NCBI GenBank assembly: GCA_963727445.1 | Contig: CAVSGI010000011.1 | Location: 110,954 to 174,953 of the forward strand | Source of the DNA: an uncultured delta proteobacterium | Lineage (GTDB): Bacteria > Myxococcota_A > Polyangia > Polyangiales > B10-G4 | DNA length: 64,000 bases | Direction: 5' to 3' | Shown: positions 33,097 to 43,645 of the stretch, piece by piece | Numbering within the stretch: the first letter of the stretch is position 1 | Layout of the letters: each line of letters starts with the position of its first letter | Notes under the pieces: model-generated | Told to the model about the DNA's origin: nothing | Databases searched by the model: none | What the model saw: only the letters and a program-made list of their open reading frames with translations | Position numbers and translations under genes: made by a program

Positions 33097-33994
33097 TGCG
33101 CGCCCTCCTCCGACTCGTGCTTTCGTGCCTCATGTTGCTGGGATGCAAAGCGACGATCCCCGACCATCGCTTCGCGTGCGCCACCGACAGCGACTGTCCG
33201 CCCGGACAACGCTGCGACGGCGATCGGTGCACCAGCGAGCGTTCCGACGGGGGCGCTCCGGATGCGGCTCGGGACACCAGCGTCGACACCGGCCCGACCG
33301 ACACCGGCGTCGTGGACTCGACGGTGCTCCCGGATTCGGCCGTCGACACCGGCCCGGATGGGCCCCTGTGCACGATCGAGACGCAGCGACTGCGGATCCA
33401 TGGCGACAACGTCATCTTCGACAGCGACTGTGATGGCGCGAACCATCAGGGCTCGTCCCCGCTGCTCAACCTCGGTATCAACAACGCGCGCGGACTCTTC
33501 CGCTTCACCCTCGATCCCGCGGCCGTCTCTGCGTTCACCGACGATGTCGTCGTCGCCGCGCGGCTGGTCCTGAACCGCCGCGCATACTGCGGCAGCTCGG
33601 CCTGTCCCGCGGCGCCCGGCGCGTTGTCGGTCCGGCCGATGCGCAACGATTGGGACGAAGGGTCCGACGGCATGTCGACGACGCAGGTCGACTATGCCGG
33701 CGCGGATTGGTGCCGGCGCGCCGGAGGGGAGTCGCCGATGCCTGGGGCGCCGATGGCGCGATGGCCGCGAGCGTGGACATCGGACCGGAGGCAGGGAATG
33801 GAGCCTTCGGAACCACCGAGCCGGACATCACGATCGACCTCGACCCCGCGGTCTTGCGCGCCGATTGGGTGGAGCGAGGCTCGGCGGCTCGCCTCTCGCT
33901 ACAGACGGTGTCGACCAGCGGCACCCTCGTCGTCGCCGCGCGCGAGAGCTCGATCGAGGGCCCCGCCTACGTCGACATCGACACCTGCCGCTGA
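33096..33994 (+). CDS. Cys-rich lipoprotein, one apparent frameshift in a G-run near 33727
   Basis: MRALLRLVLSCLMLLGC; CATDSDCPPGQRC; reading continues as ADAWGADGAM...AYVDIDTCR in the 33650-33994 frame. Confidence 0.7.
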
Positions 33995-34003
33995 CGAGAT
34001 GGG

Positions 34004-35728
34004 CTAACCCGCGCGCTCGAGCTGCACGAAGAGATCTGCGAGCCCCGGGTTTTCGCGAAGCGGGGCGACGAAGGCGCCTGCGATCTGGACGAGGCGCTGC
34101 TCGAGGCGCTCTACCTCCTGGCCGCGGCCGCGGAGCGCGGCTTCGGTCTGGCTGCGCTTCTGATCGTAGGCGGCCTCGCGCTGCTCGAGCTGGCCGCGCA
34201 GGGCGCGGATCTGGAACTCGAGATCCTCGACCTCGCCGCCCTTCGAGGAGATCCAGTCGCGCGCCTTCTTGCCCGCGCCGTGGGCGAGCGCCCAGCGGTC
34301 GAGGGCGTCGACCTCGTCGCGGAGCGCGGCGACCAGCTCCTGGCGCGGCTCCTGTTGAAGGCGATGGCCGCCCAGGGACTCGACCTTGGCGAACGCCGTC
34401 TCGTAGCTCTTCTTCGCCGTGTCCTCCGCGCTCAGATAGGGCGCGACCTCGTCGTGCGAGCTCCGCGCGGCGGCGCGCGCGTTCGAGAGATCCTCGGCCA
34501 GGGTCTGCACGGCGTTGCCGAGGCGCGCGCGATCTTCGCGCGCCTCCGTCTCCATCGTCTCGAGGACGCGCTGGTCCCTCAGGCCTTCGCTACGCAGCTC
34601 CTGGATGCGCGCGAGGTAGCCGCGGATCTCGCCGAGCGACCGGATGTACGCCTCGGGCACCTGCCCGTCGGGATAGGCGCGCGCGAGCATCTTCTCGAAG
34701 AGCACCGTGCGGTCGCCCCACGCCGCCAGCGTCGTCGGCGGCAACGTCGGGGCGACCTGGCGGCCGGCGCTCGAGGGCTGGGGCGCGATGGCGCTGTCCT
34801 GACCCGTCGTCGGCGCGATGGCCGCGAGCTCCTTGATCACCTGGTGGGCGTCGACCGGGCGCCGCGCCGGGTCCTTCTCCATCAGCGCGAGGATCAGCTC
34901 CTCGAGGCGCCGCGGGCACGAGGGCGCGAACTCCGAGGGGCGGGGCGGGATCTCCTGGATGTGCTTGATGAAGTAACTCGGGATGTCGGAGGCCTCGAAG
35001 GGGAGCCGTCCCGTCACCATCTCGAAGAGGATCACCCCGAGGGCGTAGAGGTCGGCCTCGGCGCCGGCGTCGATCGAGGAGACGCGCTCCGGCGCCATGT
35101 ACTGCGGCGTGCCGAAGATCTCGCCGGCGTTGGTCAGCCGCGTGTCGTGAAGCGAGCGCGCGATGCCGAAGTCGAGGAGCTTCACCTGGAAGCGATCGCC
35201 AGGGAGGTTCGCGACGAAGATGTTCTCGGGCTTGAGGTCGCGGTGGATCACGTCGAAGTCGTGGGCGCGCGCGAGGCCCTGCGCGATCTGCAGGCCGAGG
35301 GCCGCGGTGCGCGGCGCGGGGATCGCACCGGCTTCGATGTGATGGTCGAGGGTGGTGCCCTCGAGGAGCTCCATCACCAGATAGGCCGAGCCCTCGGCGG
35401 TCTCCCCGTTGTCGAGGATCTCGACGATGTTCGGGTGCGACACGGCGGCGGTGTTCTTCGCTTCGCGGCGGAAGCGCTCCTTGAGCGAAGCGTTGCTCGC
35501 CATGTGCGGGTTGATGATCTTGATGGCGACGTTGCGATCGACGAGCGTGTGGCGCGCGCGATAGACGGTGGCCATTCCGCCCTCGCCGAGCTTGTCCTCG
35601 ACCTGGTACTTGCCGTCGATCACCGCGCCGATGTTCGGGTCCGGCGCATCGATCAAGGCCAGGCCGTCGACGAAACACTTGTCGTTGTCGTCCGAGTACT
35701 TCAGATCGCAGCGCGGGCAGACCTTCAT
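34004..35728 (-). CDS. Cytoplasmic Ser/Thr protein kinase with C-terminal coiled coil
   Basis: [33 protein letters not shown]; no obvious TM helix; heptad-rich C-terminus. Confidence 0.93.
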   Translation of the reverse strand: MKVCPRCDLKYSDDNDKCFVDGLALIDAPDPNIGAVIDGKYQVEDKLGEGGMATVYRARHTLVDRNVAIKIINPHMASNASLKERFRREAKNTAAVSHPNIVEILDNGETAEGSAYLVMELLEGTTLDHHIEAGAIPAPRTAALGLQIAQGLARAHDFDVIHRDLKPENIFVANLPGDRFQVKLLDFGIARSLHDTRLTNAGEIFGTPQYMAPERVSSIDAGAEADLYALGVILFEMVTGRLPFEASDIPSYFIKHIQEIPPRPSEFAPSCPRRLEELILALMEKDPARRPVDAHQVIKELAAIAPTTGQDSAIAPQPSSAGRQVAPTLPPTTLAAWGDRTVLFEKMLARAYPDGQVPEAYIRSLGEIRGYLARIQELRSEGLRDQRVLETMETEAREDRARLGNAVQTLAEDLSNARAAARSSHDEVAPYLSAEDTAKKSYETAFAKVESLGGHRLQQEPRQELVAALRDEVDALDRWALAHGAGKKARDWISSKGGEVEDLEFQIRALRGQLEQREAAYDQKRSQTEAALRGRGQEVERLEQRLVQIAGAFVAPLRENPGLADLFVQLERAG

Positions 35729-35773
35729 CGCGAGGCCCGCACTCTAACGCCACGCGCGGAGGCTGTGGAGGGC

Positions 35774-36910
35774 TCAGATCAGATCGGGGGTCGTCTCCAC
35801 CGGCGCCTCCTCGACTTCCCAGCGGAAGTCGTCGATCAGCACCAGCGAGTCGAGGTCGCCGTCGGAGGAGTCCCAGATGGCGAAGCGCAGCGTGATGATC
35901 TCGCCGCCGCTCACGGGGGCCGTCGTGCGGAGCCAGCCGGTGGAGGCGCCGATGTCGGGGCTCGAGCCGCCGGAGGGGTCGTGACCGCAGCTGTCGCTGC
36001 CGTCGTAGCCGGTGCCCGAGAGGAAGGAGCGCCCGAGCGGGCAGTCGAAGGTCTTGCCGCCGTGGGTGCCGGGCGAGCAGGCGCGCAACAGGCTGTTGTT
36101 CACGCTCACCGGGTTTTCGTCCTCGTCGAAGGCGATGTTCTCGAAGCCGCTGCCCGTGTCGCGCAGGGCGACGAAGAAGTCGTTGTACTCGGTGCAGATG
36201 AAGTCGGGGTACTCGTAGGTGAAGAACGCCGACGCGAAGGAGAAGGAGCGCGCGCCCTCGGGGGCGCGGACGCGGACCTCGAGCGCGACGGCGTTGAAGG
36301 GCGCGCCCGCCGGGGTGCCGGGGCAGGACGGCGAGGTGATCGGGTAGCCGGGGGGATAGCCGGCGGGGGGCGGCTCGAAGTCGGGGTCGAAGGAGTCGCA
36401 GTCCGAGGTGTAACCCGGCTGTCCGGGCGCCCGGGCCGTGCCGCTCGACAGCGCCAGTAATGCCGAGCCCTGCCGTGGCGCGACCGAGCCGAAGGTGGGA
36501 AGGATGCCGATCTGCTCCATGGAGTCGGGGGTGCCCGCTCCGTCGGCGGTGGTGAAACGCGCCGAGAGCACGCCCCATTCGCCCGACGCTTCGTCGGCGA
36601 AGTGGCAGAGCCCCATGGCGCGCGCAGCATCTTCGGCGCTGCCGCTCATGGTGAGGCTGGTGTCGCAGACCTCGGAGCTGATCGCCGGCGCGCTCGGCGT
36701 GGAGGCGTCCGGCGTGGAGGAGGGGGGCGTGCCGGGAGGCGGCGCGGTCGGACCGCCCGCATCGGCGTCGGCGTAGGGCGGGGGCGACTCGCGACCCGTC
36801 GACATCGGCGCGCCTGCGGGGGAGCAGCCGATGGCGAAATAGGTGAACGAGGCGAGCCAGCCCACACGAGCAGCCCAGAGGAGGATCGAAGAGGAGGAGG
36901 AGAACTGCAT
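35774..36910 (-). CDS. Lipoprotein with choice-of-anchor L-like domain
   Basis: FAIGC lipobox; LLALSSGTAR, FFTYEYPDFICTEYNDFF, GASTGWLRT, FAIWDSSD..LDSLVLIDDFRW. Confidence 0.7.
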   Translation of the reverse strand: MQFSSSSSILLWAARVGWLASFTYFAIGCSPAGAPMSTGRESPPPYADADAGGPTAPPPGTPPSSTPDASTPSAPAISSEVCDTSLTMSGSAEDAARAMGLCHFADEASGEWGVLSARFTTADGAGTPDSMEQIGILPTFGSVAPRQGSALLALSSGTARAPGQPGYTSDCDSFDPDFEPPPAGYPPGYPITSPSCPGTPAGAPFNAVALEVRVRAPEGARSFSFASAFFTYEYPDFICTEYNDFFVALRDTGSGFENIAFDEDENPVSVNNSLLRACSPGTHGGKTFDCPLGRSFLSGTGYDGSDSCGHDPSGGSSPDIGASTGWLRTTAPVSGGEIITLRFAIWDSSDGDLDSLVLIDDFRWEVEEAPVETTPDLI

Positions 36911-37096
36911 CGTCCTTGGTACTTCGCAAGCGTCGTGCCGCCGCTCGCGCCGGGACTTTCCGCCGAAAAGCCGTGCCCATCGTCGCGTCCATGTGGCAGC
37001 GGGTGGGGTGCGGCGACACTGCCGGCGCGGCCCTTCGGAATTCATCCACGCATTGGCTTGAATCGACCCGCGGGCGGGGATAGTCCGTCCCTCCTG

Positions 37097-39124
37097 ATGA
37101 GTGGGTTGAACGCCGCGCAGCGGGCGGCGGTAGAGCATGAGCAGGGGCCTCTTCTGGTCCTCGCGGGCGCGGGGAGCGGCAAGACCCGGGTCATCACCCA
37201 CCGCATCGCCCGGCTCCTCGAGCGCGGGACGCGGCCCGACGCGATCCTCGCCGTGAGCTTCACCAACAAGGCGGCTCACGAGATGCGCGAGCGCATGGAG
37301 AAGCTCGTCGGCAAGAAGGCGGCGGGTGAGCTCTGGCTCTCCACCTTCCACAGCTTCGGCGTCCGCTTTCTCGGCGAGGAGGGCAAGGCGCTGGGGCACG
37401 ACGGCCGCTTCGTGATCTTCGATCAAGGCGATTGCCTCGGCCTGGTCAAAGAGTTGCTCAAGCCCAAGCGCAGCCTCCGCGGCCTGGACGCGATGGCGCT
37501 CCTGACGCGGATCTCGCTCTGGAAGAACGCCTTCAAGAAGCCCGAGGACCTCCCCGACAGCGACTTCGAGTACGACGCGGTGGCGCGCGAGATCTACCCC
37601 GAGTACGAGGCGTCGCTTCGTTCCATGCGTGCGGTGGACTTCGACGACCTGGTGGTGGTGCCGGCGCGCATCCTCGCCGAGCGCGAGGACATCCGGGACA
37701 AGTGGCGCGGGCGCTTCCGGCACCTGATGATCGACGAGTTCCAGGACACGAACAGATCGCAGCTCGAGCTCATCCGCCTGCTCACCAATCAGCTCATGAA
37801 CGTCTGCGTGGTCGGCGACGACGACCAGAGCATCTATGGTTGGCGAGGCGCCGACGTCGGCAACATCCTCGACTTCGAGCGGCACTTCGCCGGCACCAAG
37901 GTCATCAAGCTCGAGGACAACTACCGCTCCAAGGCGCCGATCATCGAGGTCGCCAACCAGGCGATCGCCCTGTCGACCCAGGCGCGCCACGGCAAGACGC
38001 TCCGGCCCGCCCGCGGTCCGGGAGAGCCGGTGCGGCTCTCGGTGGCGGAGGATCCGGTGGCCGAGGCGAAGCTCGTCACGCGCGAAATCGAAGACCTGGT
38101 CAAGAAGGAGGGCTTCCGTTTCGGCGACGTCGCCGTGCTCTATCGCTCGAACCTGCAGGCGCGGGTGCTCGAGGAGGAGCTCCAGATCTTCGACGTCCCC
38201 TACCGCATGCTGGGCGGCCAGCAGTTCTTCGATCGCAAAGAGGTCAAGGACGCGGCGGCGTACCTCCGCGTCCTCATCCACCCGCGCGACGAGATGTCGA
38301 TGCGGCGAATCATCAACTATCCCGGACGCGGCATCGGAGCGACAAGCATCGAGCGCATGGCGACCTGGGCGACGGCGCGCGGTCGGCCCTTCGCACACGC
38401 GCTCGATCACATCGAGGAGATCGAAGGGATCCCCGCCAACGGCAGGCGCGCCGCGGTCATGCTTCGCGAGACGCTCCAGGCGGCGCGCGACCAGATCGAG
38501 AGCGGCGACCCCATCGCCCAGACGGCCGCCATCCTCTTCGACTCGGTGGGGATCAAGAGCGACCTCTTGGACGAGACGGCCGGGGCGTCGGGGCCGCGGC
38601 GCTGGCAGAACGTGCTCTATCTGATCAAGGCGATCGAGCGCTTCGAGCAGTCGCCCGAAGGTGACAAGCCCAGCCTGTCGACCTTCCTGCACCGCATCAC
38701 CACCCGCTTCCAGGAAGCCAAGCAGGAGAGCGACGACCCCAAGAACCTGGTGACGCTCTCGACCCTTCATGGCTGTAAGGGTCTCGAGTTCCCCGTCGTC
38801 TTCCTGATCGGGTGCGTCGAAGGGCAGCTGCCCCACCGCCGCACCACCGACCCGAAGATCACCGAGGCCGCGCCCACCGACGTCGAGGAGGAGCGACGGC
38901 TCTTCTACGTCGGGGTCACGCGGGCTCGTGACCGCCTCTACCTGACGCGCTCGCGCAAGGCGGTGGCGCGCGGCAAGCTCGTGCCGCTCACCCCCAGCCG
39001 TTTCCTCGACGGCCTGCCCGAGGCCTCGATGACCGAGTACGAACGCCCCGACGAGCAGCCGGTGGAAGCCTCCGAGACCGCCGACTTCGCCAAGAGCATC
39101 CTCGACTCGCTGCTGAGCAGCTGA
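37097..39124 (+). CDS. UvrD/Rep/PcrA superfamily 1 DNA helicase
   Basis: LAGAGSGKT, FTNKAA, DEFQD, VGDDDQSIY, NYRS, TLHGCKGLEF, EERRLFYVGVTRA. Confidence 0.95.
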   Translation: MSGLNAAQRAAVEHEQGPLLVLAGAGSGKTRVITHRIARLLERGTRPDAILAVSFTNKAAHEMRERMEKLVGKKAAGELWLSTFHSFGVRFLGEEGKALGHDGRFVIFDQGDCLGLVKELLKPKRSLRGLDAMALLTRISLWKNAFKKPEDLPDSDFEYDAVAREIYPEYEASLRSMRAVDFDDLVVVPARILAEREDIRDKWRGRFRHLMIDEFQDTNRSQLELIRLLTNQLMNVCVVGDDDQSIYGWRGADVGNILDFERHFAGTKVIKLEDNYRSKAPIIEVANQAIALSTQARHGKTLRPARGPGEPVRLSVAEDPVAEAKLVTREIEDLVKKEGFRFGDVAVLYRSNLQARVLEEELQIFDVPYRMLGGQQFFDRKEVKDAAAYLRVLIHPRDEMSMRRIINYPGRGIGATSIERMATWATARGRPFAHALDHIEEIEGIPANGRRAAVMLRETLQAARDQIESGDPIAQTAAILFDSVGIKSDLLDETAGASGPRRWQNVLYLIKAIERFEQSPEGDKPSLSTFLHRITTRFQEAKQESDDPKNLVTLSTLHGCKGLEFPVVFLIGCVEGQLPHRRTTDPKITEAAPTDVEEERRLFYVGVTRARDRLYLTRSRKAVARGKLVPLTPSRFLDGLPEASMTEYERPDEQPVEASETADFAKSILDSLLSS

Positions 39125-39192
39125 GCGTCTGTATGAGCGGTCCGCGCGGGCGCTTCTGACGCCGCGCGAGGGATGGGGCTAGGATGCCGCGC

Positions 39193-40389
39193 ATGGCGAC
39201 TCTCGACGTGGACGCGGCACGCGCGGCATTCCCGGCGCTCGGCTCCGGCTGGGCTCTCTTCGACAACGCTGGCGGGAGCGTGGCGCCGCTGCCGGTGATC
39301 GATCGGGTGCACGAGCACATGACGAAGCGATACGTGCAGCTCGACGCGGCCTATGCGCTCTCCGAGCAGGCGACGGAGAACGTCGCCGCGGGGCATGCAG
39401 CGGCGGCGCAGCTGATCGGCGCCGCGCCGGACGAGGTGGTCCTCGGCCCGTCGAGCACCATGAACGTCTACGTCTTGTCGCGCGCGCTGCGCGCCACGTG
39501 GAAAGAAGGTGACGAGATCGTCGTCACCGACCTCGATCACGAGTGCAATTCGGGCGCGTGGCGGCGGCTCGAAGAGACCGGCATCGTGGTACGGGAGTGG
39601 CGCTTCGATCGGGACGCGGTCGAGCTTCGTCTCGAAGACCTCGAGCCGCTCTTGAACGAGCGCACCCGCCTGGTGTGCTTCACGCACTGCTCGAACGTGG
39701 TCGGCACGATTCACGACGTGGCCGCGATCACCGAGCGCGTGCACCAGGCCGGCGCCCGGGTCTGCGTCGACGGCGTGGCTCATGCGCCCCACCGCCGCGT
39801 GGACGTGAAGAAGCTCGGCGTCGACTACTACTTCCTCAGCCTCTACAAAGTCTACGGACCGCATCTGGGGCTCTTTTACGGAAGGCGCTCGCATCTCGTC
39901 GAGGCGCGCAATCAGAACCACTTCTTCTTCGGCGAAGAGAAGATCCCCGGCAAGCTCATGCCCGGAAACGTGAGCCACGAGCTGGCGGTTTCCCTCCCTG
40001 GCATCCTCGAGTATCTCGGGGGGCGCGGTGACGACCTCGACGACGCCTTCGCGCGCTTCGCGGCTCACGAAGAAGCCGTCGGCGGTCGACTCCTCGACTA
40101 TCTCGATTCGCGGCGCGACATTCGCATCATCGGACGACGCGATCCCGATCGCGCGCGCCGGGTACCGACAATCACCTTCACCGTGGATGGTCGTGCGCCC
40201 GACGAGATACCCGCGTCTTGCGCCGAGGACGGCGTCGCCCTGGGTGCCGGACACTTCTACGCCCCGCGCGCCATCGAGGGCCTGGGGCTGACGGAGCGCG
40301 GCGGAGTGATCCGCGCCTCCATGGTGCACTACACGAGCGAAGAGGACGTGGATCGGCTGATCGCGTCTCTCGATCGCGTGCTGGGTTGA
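39193..40389 (+). CDS. Cysteine desulfurase-like class V aminotransferase
   Basis: FDNAGGS, DHECN, VDGVAHAPH, SLYKVYGPH (PLP Lys). Confidence 0.88.
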   Translation: MATLDVDAARAAFPALGSGWALFDNAGGSVAPLPVIDRVHEHMTKRYVQLDAAYALSEQATENVAAGHAAAAQLIGAAPDEVVLGPSSTMNVYVLSRALRATWKEGDEIVVTDLDHECNSGAWRRLEETGIVVREWRFDRDAVELRLEDLEPLLNERTRLVCFTHCSNVVGTIHDVAAITERVHQAGARVCVDGVAHAPHRRVDVKKLGVDYYFLSLYKVYGPHLGLFYGRRSHLVEARNQNHFFFGEEKIPGKLMPGNVSHELAVSLPGILEYLGGRGDDLDDAFARFAAHEEAVGGRLLDYLDSRRDIRIIGRRDPDRARRVPTITFTVDGRAPDEIPASCAEDGVALGAGHFYAPRAIEGLGLTERGGVIRASMVHYTSEEDVDRLIASLDRVLG

Positions 40390-40487
40390 GGCAGTCAAGA
40401 GCAGCGCAATTGCGCCTCTTTCAGGGAGTTTGATCAAACTCCGCGGGTCCGGTGACTCATGCCCAACACCCGAACTGAGGGAGACAC

Positions 40488-41036
40488 ATGCGCCCAGCTT
40501 CACTCGTTACCGTTCTGCTTCTCGGCCTCGTTGCTTGCGGAGGGGACGGCACCCCGGCCTCCGATGCGGGAGGGGACGCGGGGACGCCTTCTGCGTGCCC
40601 CGGCCCGGGCTGCGTCATCGCCGGAACCGTCGCGACCTGCATGACCGGCTTCGCGTGCACCGTCCCGATGATGGGGACGGTCGAGTGTGGCGCGGGCAGC
40701 ACCTGCGTCGGAACCTGCGGCAATTCCTGCGACGTGAGCTGCACCGATGGCGCGAGCTGCATGGTGACCACGGGCAACAGCACGAGCTCCAGCTGCGATG
40801 CTTCGACCTGCGTGGTCACCGCGGGTGACAGCGCGAGCTACGATTGCACCGGGGAGGCGACCTGTCAGGTCACGGCTGGCGAGGGCTCGAGCCTCAACTG
40901 CGACGGGGAGTCGGTCTGCGACTTCGTCTGCACCAGCACCTGCAGCGCGACCTGTCGGGGCGACTCGACCTGCACCATCCAGTGCCCGAGCGACACCATG
41001 CCGCGCATGTTCGACGGCGAGGTCAGCTGCGAGTAG
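40488..41036 (+). CDS. Small Cys-rich lipoprotein with periodic Cys repeats
   Basis: LVAC lipobox; repeated C-x5-C-x3-C-like units. Confidence 0.75.
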   Translation: MRPASLVTVLLLGLVACGGDGTPASDAGGDAGTPSACPGPGCVIAGTVATCMTGFACTVPMMGTVECGAGSTCVGTCGNSCDVSCTDGASCMVTTGNSTSSSCDASTCVVTAGDSASYDCTGEATCQVTAGEGSSLNCDGESVCDFVCTSTCSATCRGDSTCTIQCPSDTMPRMFDGEVSCE

Positions 41037-41037
41037 C

Positions 41038-41637
41038 TCAGAGCAACAGTAGCCCGCGGCGCGCGGCGACGACCACCGCCTCGGTGCGGGAGCGTGCGTC
41101 GAGCTTTCCGAGGATGGAGGCGATGTGGAACTTCGCCGTGTGCTCGCTGATCTCGAGCCGCGCGGCGATGCGCTTGTTGCTGAGCCCGTCGGCGAGGAGC
41201 TCGAGGACCTCGCGCTCGCGCGCGGTGAGCTCCTCGAGGTCGCCTTCGGCCGTCGTGGTGCTCCGCTCGAGCCTCCCGTCGATGACCGTGAGCCCATGCT
41301 GCACGGCGAGGATCGCCGCGAGGATCCGGTCGGCATCGGCGCCGCGGCGCACCGCGCCCCTGGCGCCTCGAACGAGGGCGCTCTCGAGGAGCGCGTCGTC
41401 GGCCAGGAGCGCGAGCACCGGCGCGTGGCCGCCGTCCACCTCGGCGAGGGCGAGGAGCGCGCGCTCGGGGTCGGCGCCCGTGTCCACGAGGACCACATCT
41501 GCCTCACTCTCGTCGTCGACCACCTCGAGCCCCCGCTCGGCGAGCATCGCCGAAAAGCCCTCGCGGACGAGGGGATCGCCTGCCACGACCGCGAGTCGCG
41601 GGGGGTCCTGCTCTTGCAGCGGCGGACTCTTGGCCAT
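41038..41637 (-). CDS. NarL/LuxR family response regulator
   Basis: LTAREREVLELLADGLSNKRIA...TAKFHIASILGKL HTH; degenerate receiver domain. Confidence 0.9.
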   Translation of the reverse strand: MAKSPPLQEQDPPRLAVVAGDPLVREGFSAMLAERGLEVVDDESEADVVLVDTGADPERALLALAEVDGGHAPVLALLADDALLESALVRGARGAVRRGADADRILAAILAVQHGLTVIDGRLERSTTTAEGDLEELTAREREVLELLADGLSNKRIAARLEISEHTAKFHIASILGKLDARSRTEAVVVAARRGLLLL

Positions 41638-41782
41638 CCCGAAGAGAGGAACTTGTGGCCCCTTCGGCCAGGGTCAACCTCCCCGATCGGGTGGGGTGGG
41701 CCCGCGCCCCTGACCGAACGAGTCGCGACAGGCCCGCCCAACGGCCGATGTGAAGGGCGCCGGGAAGACCGAGAGTCGACCC

Positions 41783-42676
41783 ATGGCCAACGAATCTCTC
41801 CCCGCTCTCGACCAATCCCTCACCCGTGCGGTCTCCGCCGCCTCCGCTTCGGTGGTTCGCGTCTCCGGGCATCGCCGCACCGCCAGCGGCATCGTGTTCC
41901 GCGAGCCGAACCTCGTCGTCACCGCCAGCCACGCCATCCGGCACGAAAAGGATATCCGCATCGCCACCGAGGACGGTGCGCACCACGACGCCGAGTTGGT
42001 CGGCCGTCACCGCGGCACCGACACCGCGCTGTTGCGCGTGAGGGACGCCGAGCTCACGCCGCTCGCCTTTCGCGACGCCGACGACCTCGCGACCGGTAAT
42101 CTCACCCTGGCGCTCGCGCGCCCGGGCCGCGCCATCCGCGCCTCGCTGCGCATCGTGGGTGTGCTCGCCGGCGAGATCGAGACGCCCTTCGGCGGCCGGC
42201 TCGACACTTACATCGAAACGGACCGCGGTCTTCCCTACGGCTTCGCCGGCGGGCCGCTCGTCGATCTCGAAGGCCGCGCCATCGGCATGAACACCGACGG
42301 CGTGCTTCGCGGCGCCGACCTCGCCATCCCCAAGGCGACCCTCGACCGCGTCGTCGACGCCATCCTCGCCGACGGCGGCGTGAAGCGCGGCTACCTCGGC
42401 GTGGCGGTGCGACCGGTGCGCCTCCCCGACGACGTGGCGAAGGACACGGGCCAACACCGCGGCGCGCTGGTCGTCGACGTCGAGAAGGGCTCGCAAGCCG
42501 AAGCGAGCGGGTTGGTGCTGGGCGACGTGCTCCTGTCGCTCGGAGGCGATCCGATCACGGGGCCGCGCTCGCTCGCGGCGGCGCTCCGCGATCGCGTGGC
42601 CACCGAGGTCGACGCAGAGCTGCTGCGCGGCGGACAGAAGCAGAAGCTCCAGATCACCACCGGAGAGCGCCTGTGA
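41783..42676 (+). CDS. S1C (HtrA-like) protease + PDZ, catalytic Ser replaced
   Basis: VTASH, DTALL, GFAGGP in place of GxSGGP; RGYLGV PDZ. Confidence 0.85.
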   Translation: MANESLPALDQSLTRAVSAASASVVRVSGHRRTASGIVFREPNLVVTASHAIRHEKDIRIATEDGAHHDAELVGRHRGTDTALLRVRDAELTPLAFRDADDLATGNLTLALARPGRAIRASLRIVGVLAGEIETPFGGRLDTYIETDRGLPYGFAGGPLVDLEGRAIGMNTDGVLRGADLAIPKATLDRVVDAILADGGVKRGYLGVAVRPVRLPDDVAKDTGQHRGALVVDVEKGSQAEASGLVLGDVLLSLGGDPITGPRSLAAALRDRVATEVDAELLRGGQKQKLQITTGERL

Positions 42677-43638
42677 GTGACGCCGCCGCCGAGTCCGACC
42701 GAGCGCTCCTCGACGCTTACTCGCGCACGGTGGTCGGTGTGGTCGAGGCCGTCGGCCCGGCGGTGGCGAGCATCCGCATCCGCGGTGGGCGGCGGGAGCG
42801 CCGCCGCATGTCACCGGTCGGCGAAGGCTCCGGCCTCGCCTTCACCCCGGACGGACACGTGCTGACGAATAGCCACGTCGTCAGCGGCGCGAAGCACATC
42901 GAGGTCCGTTTCGAGGATGGTGAAGTGCGCGCCGCGCAGCTGATCGGCGACGACTCCGCCACGGACCTCGCCGTGGTGCGCGTCGACACCGAGCGCCTGG
43001 ATCACGTCCCGCTCGACGAGGTGGAAGAAAGGCCGCGGCCGGGACAGGTGGCGATCGCCATCGGAAACCCGTTGGGCTTCTCCTCCACCGTCTCCACCGG
43101 CGTGGTGAGCGCGCTCGGCCGGAGCCTGCGTGGTCAGGGTGGCCGCCTGATCGACGACGTGGTCCAGCACACAGCACCGCTGAATCCCGGAAGCTCCGGC
43201 GGTCCTCTGGTCAGCTCGGGCGGACGTCTGCTCGGCGTGAACACCGCGATGATGTCTCGCTCGCAGGGCATCGGTTTCGCGGTGCCCGCGCGCACGGCCG
43301 TCTGGGTTGCAGGTGAGCTCCTCGCCCGGGGACGCGTGCGCCGCGGTTATCTCGGGCTCGGCGTCACGACCCGGCCTCTTTCAGCGCCCGTGAAGCGCCG
43401 CGCAGGTCTATCGCAGGACGCGGCGGTCCTGGTGACCGAGCTCGCGGACGACGGGCCCGCCCGTCAGGCCGGCGTCCAGCCAGGAGACCTCCTCCTCAGC
43501 TTCGCGGACAGCGTCGTGCGCGGGGTGGACGACCTGCACCGACACCTCACCGCCGACATGGTGGGTCGTCCGGTACCGATCACCGTGCTTCGCGATGGCG
43601 AACTGCAGACGCTCGAAGTACGACCCACCGAAGCGTGA
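42673..43638 (+). CDS. S1C (HtrA/DegP-like) serine protease + PDZ
   Basis: LTNSHV, DLAV, NPGSSGGP catalytic triad; RGYLG PDZ. Confidence 0.92.
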   Translation: MSDAAAESDRALLDAYSRTVVGVVEAVGPAVASIRIRGGRRERRRMSPVGEGSGLAFTPDGHVLTNSHVVSGAKHIEVRFEDGEVRAAQLIGDDSATDLAVVRVDTERLDHVPLDEVEERPRPGQVAIAIGNPLGFSSTVSTGVVSALGRSLRGQGGRLIDDVVQHTAPLNPGSSGGPLVSSGGRLLGVNTAMMSRSQGIGFAVPARTAVWVAGELLARGRVRRGYLGLGVTTRPLSAPVKRRAGLSQDAAVLVTELADDGPARQAGVQPGDLLLSFADSVVRGVDDLHRHLTADMVGRPVPITVLRDGELQTLEVRPTEA

Positions 43639-43645
43639 TCGTGGA

